From assembly GCA_964016885.1 (NCBI GenBank), contig CAXHJY010001384.1, positions 1 to 48,312 on the forward strand: DNA of 48,312 bases, written 5' to 3'. Made by a program: the position numbers and the translations under genes. The notes beneath the pieces were generated by a model that saw only the letters and a list, made by a program, of their open reading frames with translations, was not told where the DNA came from and ran no database searches. Positions within the stretch are counted from its first letter, which is position 1, and every line of letters starts with the position of its first letter. This DNA comes from Eledone cirrhosa (lineage: Eukaryota). Below are positions 33,736 to 48,312 of this stretch, one piece after another.

Positions 33736-33771
<36 letters not shown>

Positions 33772-33774
<3 letters not shown>

Positions 33775-33978
33775 AAGGTTAAACGAGGTTCAATGAATAA
33801 ATCAAAGAATGAGATTTACAATAGATTGGAAGCACTCAACTGTTTTGGTTTTCCGGAGTTTTTAATATTAATTAAAAATATTAACAAAAATAGACATCCG
33901 TGTGATCAAGTATATTTTATTATACATATTTCAGAGGTACTGAGCTATCTTCAACAGTACCTCCTCATCAGATAAAAT
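33772..33978 (-). mobile_element. Penelope-like 3' end from a sister family
   Basis: Starts at (TA)n, contains AAGCACTCAACTGTTT (compare AAGCACTCTACAGTTT at 35634) and a hammerhead of the same design as the large element. Confidence 0.7.
33914..33978 (-). ncRNA. Type I minimal hammerhead ribozyme
   Basis: Minus strand reads ATTTTAT-CTGATGA-G-GAGGTACTG-ttgaagatagct-CAGTACCTC-T-GAAA-TATGTA-TA-ATAAAAT: 7-bp stem I, 9-bp stem II, near-palindromic stem III. Confidence 0.8.
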
Positions 33979-34049
33979 GAGATGATGCATGACATGATGG
34001 CGTAGGACAGAACAAAGGAGAGGCACAAAAACAAAGGAAAGAATCCCCA

Positions 34050-34092
34050 GTCACTGAAGAGATCACAGAATGTGTGACGAAAGAACGTTGAC
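34050..34092 (+). ncRNA. Decayed hammerhead core
   Basis: GTCA-CTGAAGA-GATCACAgaatgTGTGAC-GAAA-GAACGT-TGAC: stems I and II are present, but the cleavage triplet register is broken. Confidence 0.45.
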
Positions 34093-34290
34093 AATATATG
34101 AACAATGGTCTGGTTGTGGAACCAACCAACCAACCGGAAATTTATAAATTTAATTTATAATAAATTGAAGTGAAAGCAACTGGTGCGTGTGTTTCTTATT
34201 GGCAACATGAATCTCTCAAAGTATAACAATATCGGTTTCAACACACGTTTTCAGAGAAAGAATCTTGCTAAACAAATTCAGCAACGAAAC

Positions 34291-34326
<36 letters not shown>

Positions 34327-34599
34327 CGTATCTATAGGCATGTATTCAGCATATCAATACATTTGGTTATATAATCCAATACAGGTTTACTTCCGTCTAT
34401 TTCTGTGTGAGTGTGTCAGTATGACTCGGATGAATGAACAACGATAAAATATAACTATTAAGTAGTGAATACATAGGACTATATACTCCTGTACGACTGC
34501 GCCATTGCTGAATATATTTGTGTTGGTCTTTCGGTAAGGTTTCCTCCGTCAATGTTACAATGTATATGAGCAAATGTGGTGTTAGCGAGCGTTTGTGCA

Positions 34600-34802
34600 T
34601 GTGTATGTATGTATAGAATGTGTGTGTATATATATATAGTGCGTGTGAGTGTATATATTTTTATATATATATATATATATATGTGTGTATGTGTATATAT
34701 GTGTGTGTGTATGTGTATATATGTGTGTGTGTGTATCTGTGTGTATATATATGTGTGTGTGTATGTGTGAGTGTGTATGTTTATATATATATATATATAT
34801 GT

Positions 34803-34894
<92 letters not shown>

Positions 34895-35463
34895 GTTTAT
34901 ATATATGTTTATATATATGTTTATATATATATATATGTTTATATATATGTTTATATATATGTTTATATATATATATGTTTATATATATGTTTATATATAT
35001 ATATGTTTATATATGTATATATATATTTATGTTTATATGTTTATATATATATGTTTATATATGTTTATATATATATGTTTATATATGTTTATATATATAT
35101 GTTTATATATGTTTATATATATATATGTTTATATATATATATATGTGTTTATATATGTATGTATATATATATATATGTTTATGTATGTATATATATATAT
35201 ATGTTTATATATGTATATATATATGTTTATAAATGTATATATATATGTTTATATATGTATATATATATGTATGTATATATATGTTTATATATGTATATAT
35301 ATATGTATATATATATGTTTATATATGTATGTATATATGTTTATATATGTATATATATATGTTTACATATGTATATATATATATATATGTTTATATATGT
35401 ATATATATATGTTTACATATGTATATATATATATATATGTTTATATATGTATATATATATATG

Positions 35464-35494
<31 letters not shown>

Positions 35495-35505
35495 GTATAT
35501 ATATG

Positions 35506-35570
<65 letters not shown>

Positions 35571-35580
35571 GTATATATAT
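34600..35580. repeat. (TA)n/(TG)n microsatellite
   Basis: TA repeat with GTTT/GT interruptions; left target flank of the Penelope element. Confidence 0.9.
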
Positions 35581-35706
35581 GTAGGAGGTGAGTTTTATTG
35601 TAGTACAATAAAGCAATGCAGATATCGGATAAGAAGCACTCTACAGTTTGTGGGACTGGAGTATGCATAATATAAGATCAAAAGATGGTTAAAGGAGTTC
35701 AATATA

Positions 35707-35773
35707 TTTTATTATGCGCATTTCAAAAACAAACATCATCAAACAATAATATTTGTGTTTTCATCAGATAAAA
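35707..35773 (-). ncRNA. Type I minimal hammerhead ribozyme in the Penelope 3' region (sense to the ORF)
   Basis: Minus strand reads TTTTAT-CTGATGA-[AAAC-ACAAATATTATT-gttt-GATGATGTTTGT-TTTT]-GAAA-TGCGCA-TA-ATAAAA; loopless palindromic stem III. Confidence 0.85.
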
Positions 35774-36714
35774 CAGGAGAACATGATATGAAGGCTAAAA
35801 AAACACTTGTTGATAGTGCGGTTTTAAATCAACATATGAAAAGTGGTTTTAGATTGATGTGTGATATTGGGAAAAATATTTTATTTAGAGAGGGGGGGAG
35901 AGAAAAGGATGAAAAGGGAAGGAGATGAGAGGGAGAGATGGGTGATAGAGAGAAAGAGATAGTTTTTATAACAGAGAGGAGATATATATTATATAGAGGG
36001 GTTGAAAACCGTTGGAAGATACTGTATAAATTAAAAATTTTGAAAATTAACGAAGGGAGGATATGTGCGAGGAAAAAATATATTATATTTAGGGAGGGGT
36101 GGGGGTGGAAAGGATGAAAAAAAGGGGAGGAGATGAGAGTGAAGGTGGAAAGGGAGAGATGGGTGATAGAGAGAAAGAGATAGTTTTTATAACTGAGAAA
36201 AAGATATAATGTTTTAATATAGAGAGGTTGGGAACCGTTGGAAGATAATGTATAAATTAAAGGAATTTGAAAATTAACGAAGGGAAATTATGTATGGAGA
36301 TAGAGAGAAAAAAATAACGAAGGGAGATTATGTATGGAGATAGAGAGAAAAAAATAATAATTGTGGGTGAATATTCAAAAGGAGAAATGTAGGAATCTTA
36401 AAATTAGCAAAGAGAAAATGTTTATGTATAGGATTTGAGAAAAATTTATATTGAATTCATATGTATTAATAATGAGTTTGTTGATGGGGAGAAAAAAATA
36501 ATAATAATGATAAATTAAGGATGAAATTGAGATTAAAAAGATTTATGATAGAGAGAAAAAATAATAATGATTGCGGATGAATACTCAAAATGTCAAAAAC
36601 AAATGTTATTGTTTTACGAAGAGATATAATGAGGGTGATGAGTAAACGGGTATTATAGAGTGTATAATGCCCTTTAAAGTAAGGTAGATGGGTATATTTT
36701 AAAGAATATATGAG

Positions 36715-36759
<45 letters not shown>

Positions 36760-37018
36760 TATAATAATAAATTAAGGATGAAATTGAGATTAAAAAGATT
36801 TATGATAGAGGGAAAAAAATAATAATGATTGCGGATGAATATTCAAAATGTCAAAAACAAATGTTATTGTTTTACGAGAAGATAGGATGAGGTAAATGAA
36901 TAAACGAGTACTATAGAGTGTATAATGCCCTTTAAAGTAAGGTAGATGGGTATATTTTAAAGAGGTGTATGTATATGTGCCTTTGAGAAAAGATTCTAAA
37001 TTGATAAAGAATTGAATA

Positions 37019-38890
37019 TTAACTGTATACTTTGTGAAAAGTTCTATGGAATTTATGAAGGCAGATGGAAAACAAATCCGAGCGTCTATTTATTATGGAT
37101 TCTAGGTTAGAGATAATGGTAAATTTTTCATTTAGGCAGAGATTACAGATTTTAGATAGAGAACTGTTCAAGTACGAGGATGCAGAAGAAATCTTTTTCC
37201 AAAAGATGTTATATTTAATGTTTTTGTCTTTTAAGGACCATATGAGTTCTGAGAGAGCAGTGTTAGTTCTTTTAAGTTTGTATTTGAAAGATGAATGATG
37301 ATTATAGAGACGAGCTTTAAAAGAGGTGGAAGTGGAGCCAAAATAGGTGAAGGAGTTGGTGCTAGTTATAATTTTACATTCATAAATTAAGTTTTTATCG
37401 AGGCAATGGTTGTTGAGAGGACATTTATTTTTAATGCGGCAGTTGCAATTAGAGAGATTATTAATGAGTGATCTAGTGTTATCTATAGAAGGAATTGGAT
37501 TGGAGAAGTTGTTTGCGATAGGAATAATAGGAATAATAGTTTCTTGATTTAGAGTTGGATTATGAACATTTAACGAAGTTGTGTTTGACGTTGTATTTGG
37601 GTTTACAGAAGTTAGCCTAGGGTTTACAATGACGTCAGGAGTACTATTATTGTTATTATGAGATTCAATATTGGAAGGAAGAGATTTAGTATTTAATATT
37701 TTGTTGTTGTGTTTAGAAATGATGTTGGAAATATTGGAGGATGTAGAATACGAAAATTTAATGGTGTGTTTGTTAAATATTTTACTATAGATATGTGAGG
37801 GAGGGAAGCATTTATTTAAGGCACTAAAAAATAATTTAGGAATATTGTTATTAATAGAGATGGAGAAAGGAGCATTATACCAGATTATGTTTTTGTATCT
37901 AGGTCTTTTATTAAAATTATTGGAATGGTTATGATTAAATATTCTACTGTAAGTTTTCCTAGAATTTGTTTCTTTATTATATTTGATTTTATCTGGATAG
38001 CCAGCTTTAGAAAGTGCGTTATTATAGTAATTGGCGTTAGCATCAAAGATGTTTTTATTAGAAGATATGTTAGATATTCTATTTCCAATATTATTAACTA
38101 TAGCATTCTTGATATTGGTAGGATGGTTAGATTTAAAGTTAACATAATTAAGATTCTCATTGTTTTTATGGTAAGGGTAATATAGGCCAGTGTCAAGATT
38201 AAGAGATACATCCAAGAAATTAGCTAGTTTGGTACTATTATCAAATTCAATTTTTAGGTTATGTTGGTTAAAGAGATTACGTATATTGTTCTTAATAATA
38301 TTAAGTTTAACTATATTGCAATTTAGGATAGTAAAGAGTCCATCGTCACGATAAATTCCACCGCGAAGTTGAGGAATTTTCCGACTCAAAGAGTTCAAAA
38401 TGAAGATACCAATTAAATCAGTCAATTGGGATGAATCGGATGCTCCCATTGTGATGTCGAAGTTGTTAGAGGTATCGGCTCTGGTCCAATATTCGTTGTT
38501 GAACTCTAGGATGGTTTTACGTGCGGTGAGGATGATGTGAAGTTCATCTGTGGTGATGTCAGAATATTTAAGTGCGAAAGATAGAGCATTATTGAGAAGT
38601 GAAGGCGAAATGGAGGAATAGTAGCTGGCAATATCGAATTGAATAAATTTTAGTTTGTTTTTATTATCCAATTTGTTGAACCAGCCAATCACTTCAGAAG
38701 TACCAAACCATAAATTTAGGTTTAAAGAAGAGCAATTAGAACTAACCTGTGGGATAATCCTATCCAAGATGGCTTTACTAACAACCCCCAGATCAGATTT
38801 AGAGGGGGCGATTAATCTAACAGGTAGTTCAGTGCGAAAATTAATACATATGAATTCAATACATATGAATTCAATATAAATTTTTCTCAA
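37019..38890 (-). CDS. Penelope-like reverse transcriptase + GIY-YIG endonuclease (N-terminally truncated)
   Basis: Motifs VRLI, FDIASYYSSI, FDITMGASDS, IYRDDGL, NFLDVSL, SNHP, then CNCRIKNKCPL...LIYECKI...YFGST...FKARLYNH...CNLCLNEK. No internal stops. The first ~15 codons come from the inverted arm, so the start is not native. Confidence 0.92.
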   Translation of the reverse strand: MRKIYIEFICIEFICINFRTELPVRLIAPSKSDLGVVSKAILDRIIPQVSSNCSSLNLNLWFGTSEVIGWFNKLDNKNKLKFIQFDIASYYSSISPSLLNNALSFALKYSDITTDELHIILTARKTILEFNNEYWTRADTSNNFDITMGASDSSQLTDLIGIFILNSLSRKIPQLRGGIYRDDGLFTILNCNIVKLNIIKNNIRNLFNQHNLKIEFDNSTKLANFLDVSLNLDTGLYYPYHKNNENLNYVNFKSNHPTNIKNAIVNNIGNRISNISSNKNIFDANANYYNNALSKAGYPDKIKYNKETNSRKTYSRIFNHNHSNNFNKRPRYKNIIWYNAPFSISINNNIPKLFFSALNKCFPPSHIYSKIFNKHTIKFSYSTSSNISNIISKHNNKILNTKSLPSNIESHNNNNSTPDVIVNPRLTSVNPNTTSNTTSLNVHNPTLNQETIIPIIPIANNFSNPIPSIDNTRSLINNLSNCNCRIKNKCPLNNHCLDKNLIYECKIITSTNSFTYFGSTSTSFKARLYNHHSSFKYKLKRTNTALSELIWSLKDKNIKYNIFWKKISSASSYLNSSLSKICNLCLNEKFTIISNLESIINRRSDLFSICLHKFHRTFHKVYS

Positions 38891-39551
38891 ATCCTATACA
38901 TAAACATTTTCTCTTTGCTAATTTTAAGATTCCTACATTTCTCCTTTTGAATATTCACCCACAATTATTATTTTTTTCTCTCTATCTCCATACATAATCT
39001 CCCTTCGTTATTTTTTTCTCTCTATCTCCATACATAATTTCCCTTCGTTAATTTTCAAATTCCTTTAATTTATACATTATCTTCCAACGGTTCCCAACCT
39101 CTCTATATTAAAACATTATATCTTTTTCTCAGTTATAAAAACTATCTCTTTCTCTCTATCACCCATCTCTCCCTTTCCACCTTCACTCTCATCTCCTCCC
39201 CTTTTTTTCATCCTTTCCACCCCCACCCCTCCCTAAATATAATATATTTTTTCCTCGCACATATCCTCCCTTCGTTAATTTTCAAAATTTTTAATTTATA
39301 CAGTATCTTCCAACGGTTTTCAACCCCTCTATATAATATATATCTCCTCTCTGTTATAAAAACTATCTCTTTCTCTCTATCACCCATCTCTCCCTCTCAT
39401 CTCCTTCCCTTTTCATCCTTTTCTCTCCCCCCCTCTCTAAATAAAATATTTTTCCCAATATCACACATCAATCTAAAACCACTTTTCATATGTTGATTTA
39501 AAACCGCACTATCAACAAGTGTTTTTTTAGCCTTCATATCATGTTCTCCTG

Positions 39552-39618
39552 TTTTATCTGATGAAAACACAAATATTATTGTTTGATGATGTTTGTTTTT
39601 GAAATGCGCATAATAAAA
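39552..39618 (+). ncRNA. Second copy of the hammerhead, in the inverted arm
   Basis: TTTTAT(39552)-CTGATGA(39558)...GAAA(39601)TGCGCA-TA-ATAAAA(39618); predicted cleavage after 39612. Confidence 0.85.
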
Positions 39619-39658
39619 TATATTGAACTCCTTTAACCATCTTTTGATCTTATATTAT

Positions 39659-45250
<5,592 letters not shown>

Positions 45251-45559
45251 TTACCCCTATCGTTCCTTGCCTTTGTTAGCCATTATGGGTTTCTCACATG
45301 CCTACGAAATGCTCATTGAAGCTCTAGAGATGCTATCTACCCTCGTATCATAGTGTTGGAACTGTAAGCCTTTACTATAGACCCAGCAAACCACTTCACT
45401 CAAGCTTTGTTCTTTCTACTCCATACTTTACATTGACACTTCTACATGTTTTCCATGGGAATCTAACACATGGTGATACAAGTGGCTAGGCTCAGAATGG
45501 AAAGGGAGTTAACTCATTACTTCTATCACGTATTGTCGTTTTGCCAAAGTGTTCTGTCA

Positions 45560-46342
45560 ATTTTTTTGTGTTGTGGTGTGGTTGCTGGTGTGGTTGGTGC
45601 AGTTGTTATTGTGGTCGTTGTTGTTGTGGTTGTTTTTGATGTGGTTATTTTGGTTATGGTTGTTTTTTTGTTGTTGTTGTTGATGAGGCGTTGTTGTTGG
45701 TGTGGTTGTTGTTGTTGTTGCGCCTGGTTGTTGTTGTGGTGGTGGTGGTTGGTGTTGTTGTTAGTGTCGTTGTTGTTGTTGTTTTTTTGCTGTTGATGTT
45801 GTTGTTTTGGTTGTCGTTGGTGTGCTTGTTTTGGTGGTTGCGGTTGTTGTCGTTGGTGTGCTTGTTTTTTCATTGTTGCTGTTGTTGATGTCGTTGTTGA
45901 TGTTGATGTTGTTATTGTTGTTGTTGTTGTTTTGGTTGTCGTTCGTGTGCTTGTTTTTTTATTGTTGCTGTTGTTGTTGATGTCGTTGTTGTTTTTGCTA
46001 CAGACTTTGCTCTCGTTGTTATTGCCAATGTGGTTGGTAATGATGCTGCTGTTGTTGTTGATGATTATGATGCTGTTTCTGTTATTTTTATTGTTACTGT
46101 TCTTCCTCTTGTCGTTGCTGTGGATGACATTGTTCTTGTTATTGTTGTTTTTCTTCTTTTTCTTTTTCTTTTTTTTTTCTTCTTCTTCCTACCTTCATCA
46201 TCATCATCATATGTTTCTTTCTTTGCCTTTCTTCACCTTCTTCTTCTACACCTTCTTCTTCTTGTCATTGTTGTTGTTCTTGTCACTGTTGTTGTTGTTC
46301 TTGTCACTGTTGTTGTTCTTGTCACTGTTGTTGTTGTTGTCT
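45560..46342. repeat. (GTT)n/(CTT)n trinucleotide low-complexity region
   Basis: Degenerate GTT/TGT/CTT runs; adjoins the tail of the minus-strand SINE. Confidence 0.88.
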
Positions 46343-46344
46343 TT

Positions 46345-46650
46345 TCCAACCTCCAGTGAACTAGTCTGATCCAATCAACAGGATGGCTTCTTCCTAAATT
46401 TAGAGGTTTTATTGGTTGTGTATTCTACACAGACACGTGCACTTTTAACGAGGTTCTCAAAGAAGTTCAACCTAACCCAATGTCTGACAATTCTGGCTCC
46501 TTTGACTTGTACCTACAATTTTATTTTTGCCAGCCAAATGGATTGGAGCAACATGAAATAAAATGGTCTTGCTCAATGACACAACGCACCGCCTGTAGCT
46601 GGAAATCACTCATGAACTTACGATCATGAGCTGAACACCCTAACCCCTAA
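46345..46650 (-). mobile_element. Old CORE-type tRNA SINE
   Basis: GGAGCAACATGAAATAAAATGGTCTTGCTCAATGACACAACG is approximately the reverse complement of the CORE segment at 31875-31912; degenerate head near 46650. Confidence 0.65.
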
Positions 46651-46703
46651 TATACACGCATTTTTCCCCTTTTTAAATTCGGTAATAATATTCGTGGAGG
46701 TTC

Positions 46704-47180
46704 GTGGCTTAATTGTAAGTGTGTTAGACTTACGATCATAATGTCGTGGGTACGATTCCTTGGGTTGCGTGTTCTGTTCCTCAGCAAAACAATTCATTTC
46801 CCATTGTATTATACTCAAGTGAAAATGGGTACCAGTAATGGCTTGAGGTTAAATCTGTCCAGCGATTCTTTCCTGAGACATTCTAACCACATGTCCATAG
46901 TATCGGAGACGTAACTCGATCAATTTCTGTATAAGTACACCTATATAGTTGTTTGCTGTAAATTACAATGTACAAATTAATGTTCTAAGGTCGACATTTC
47001 TGGAATTTTACAGTCTTATTTTCAACACCGGACTCTACACGAGGGAAAGTACACATTTAGAAAGTGTATGTCTAGATGCATAAAGTCTGCGGCTAAAAAC
47101 AATATGGAGATCATGGTGGGATTGCCAATGATCATACATCTTGTTTAACCATGACTGACCTGGGGCTAAACAACATTAAC
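46704..47180 (+). mobile_element. Old tRNA/CORE-type SINE
   Basis: TGGCTTAATTG A-box-like, GGTACGATTCC B-box-like, TGTTCCTCAGCAAAACA core, AAATGGGTACCAG, tail CTGACCTGGGGCTAAACAAC. Confidence 0.5.
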
Positions 47181-47483
47181 AGTCTTACATTATCAATATT
47201 ACTCATATTACTGTAAAGTGAATATCGACTCCCCCTGGGGCTCTAAACATAGGAGGTTAAGTGATTGAAACGGATCCGCATTCTTGACTCGCCAGTTACC
47301 TTCATTCCATTCATCGATTTTCGCCATTAATCAAATGAAAATATCGATTTCTGGCTCCGACCACAATTACAAAGATTTGTAATGAATACATAACAGGGAA
47401 AACATGATTGATCTCCATTCATTTATCAGGAGTTTGTGAACATGGGTATTTCTCTATCTGCCCTTCCCTAGATATCCCTCTCT

Positions 47484-47539
<56 letters not shown>

Positions 47540-47719
47540 GGCTCAGTTTACTATATGTTTATTTCCGTTGCATGTTTCATTCGTGATCCAGCTGCAAATC
47601 CTTCTCAATTATATAAAGTAGGGGATATAAAAATATGTTTTCCGTAAAGCCGCAGAACGGTTTTTAAATGCCAATGTTTGCACTCATCTGAAGCGACCGA
47701 GACTCACGAAGCCGCACAC

Positions 47720-48109
47720 AATCTTTCCATTCCTTTCATTCCTTCCATTCCAATCAAGGACATTCTCATTCCTGTTGGATGAACCCACCCTGGTTGACCT
47801 GGTTTTGGACATGTCTTCAGGGGGTGTATTCACCATGCTTGGTACATTGTGGGTTGGTGAGGATATTTAACCCATAGTTGGGGTGGATGGACATTGACTT
47901 TGAGGAGTTGATCCTGCCCTTATTACAGCTCTTGATTTTTTTTTTTTTTTTTTTTTTTTTCCGTGCTGATGGGTTTCTTCTTACCTTACCCTACTCACCA
48001 GACTAGGGTCTGTTGGGGGAGCAGGTTTAGTCACTGACCATTCGACCATGTAGCAGGTTGTACTCGGTTAAATGATACCAGTAATAGACAGAAGTCAAGT
48101 CTGACCTGA
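47720..48109 (-). mobile_element. Diverged relative of the RTE-related element (5' region)
   Basis: The minus strand shares collinear blocks with 22512-22700: TCAGGTCA, TACTGGTA, AGTACAACCTG, CATGGTCG, GACTAAAC, TGGTGAG.AGGGT, AAGGGCA, AGTCAATG.CCATCCA. Left boundary uncertain. Confidence 0.65.
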
Positions 48110-48312
48110 ATATTACATAAGCATGAAACATGTGTAAATGAATTCGAGCCGGATCACGGGTAAAACACGTGTAACGAAAATAAACATATGTTCAAACTGA
48201 TATTTCTATCTCTTAATATCTATACTCTGTGAACCCACCTCTTCTCTCTTTCTCTCCCTCTCCTCTTTCTCTCTATCTCTGTTTCTCTTTCTTTCTCTCT
48301 CTCTTTTTCTCT

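Larger units (their letters stand above)
35581..39658 (-). mobile_element. Penelope-like retroelement (probably Naiad type), 5'-truncated with an inverted 5' copy of the pLTR
   Basis: RT+GIY-YIG ORF; 1.4-kb 3' region with a hammerhead; inverted arms 35667-36467 and 38858-39658 (801 bp each); (TA)n on both sides. Confidence 0.93.

Noticed and set aside
37019-38890. Selenocysteine recoding, reported for some Naiad elements
   Set aside because: No in-frame TGA in the retained ORF, which ends in TAA; the missing N-terminus cannot be assessed.
45470-46369. Hydrophobic or polyQ/N ORFs
   Set aside because: Translations of (GTT)n/(CTT)n trinucleotide repeats.

Overview
Eukaryotic, extremely microsatellite-rich, gene-poor DNA. 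It resembles an octopus/coleoid cephalopod genome (inferred from the (TA)n load and the SINE families). I see no credible host gene, and nearly all long ORFs in the track are translation artefacts of (TA)n/(CA)n/(CT)n repeats. The real content is mobile DNA. (1) A young 5'-truncated Penelope-like retroelement (RT + GIY-YIG ORF, probably Naiad type) at 35581-39658 with 801-bp inverted arms, each carrying a minimal hammerhead ribozyme. (2) A miniature fold-back element of the same design at 21664-21851, several solo Penelope 3' ends in (TA)n, and about ten further intact, decayed or partial hammerhead cores, most between 30.3 and 34.1 kb. (3) A frameshifted CR1/L2-group LINE fragment. (4) RTE-related non-autonomous elements, two of whose diverged 5' ends (22512+ and 48109-) share a conserved multi-stem/pseudoknot RNA fold that I cannot assign to a known ribozyme class. 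(5) A 163-bp satellite built from a tRNA-derived SINE and a 162/142-bp satellite built from a pogo/Tigger-like transposon end. (6) Scattered SINEs and a 76-bp MITE.
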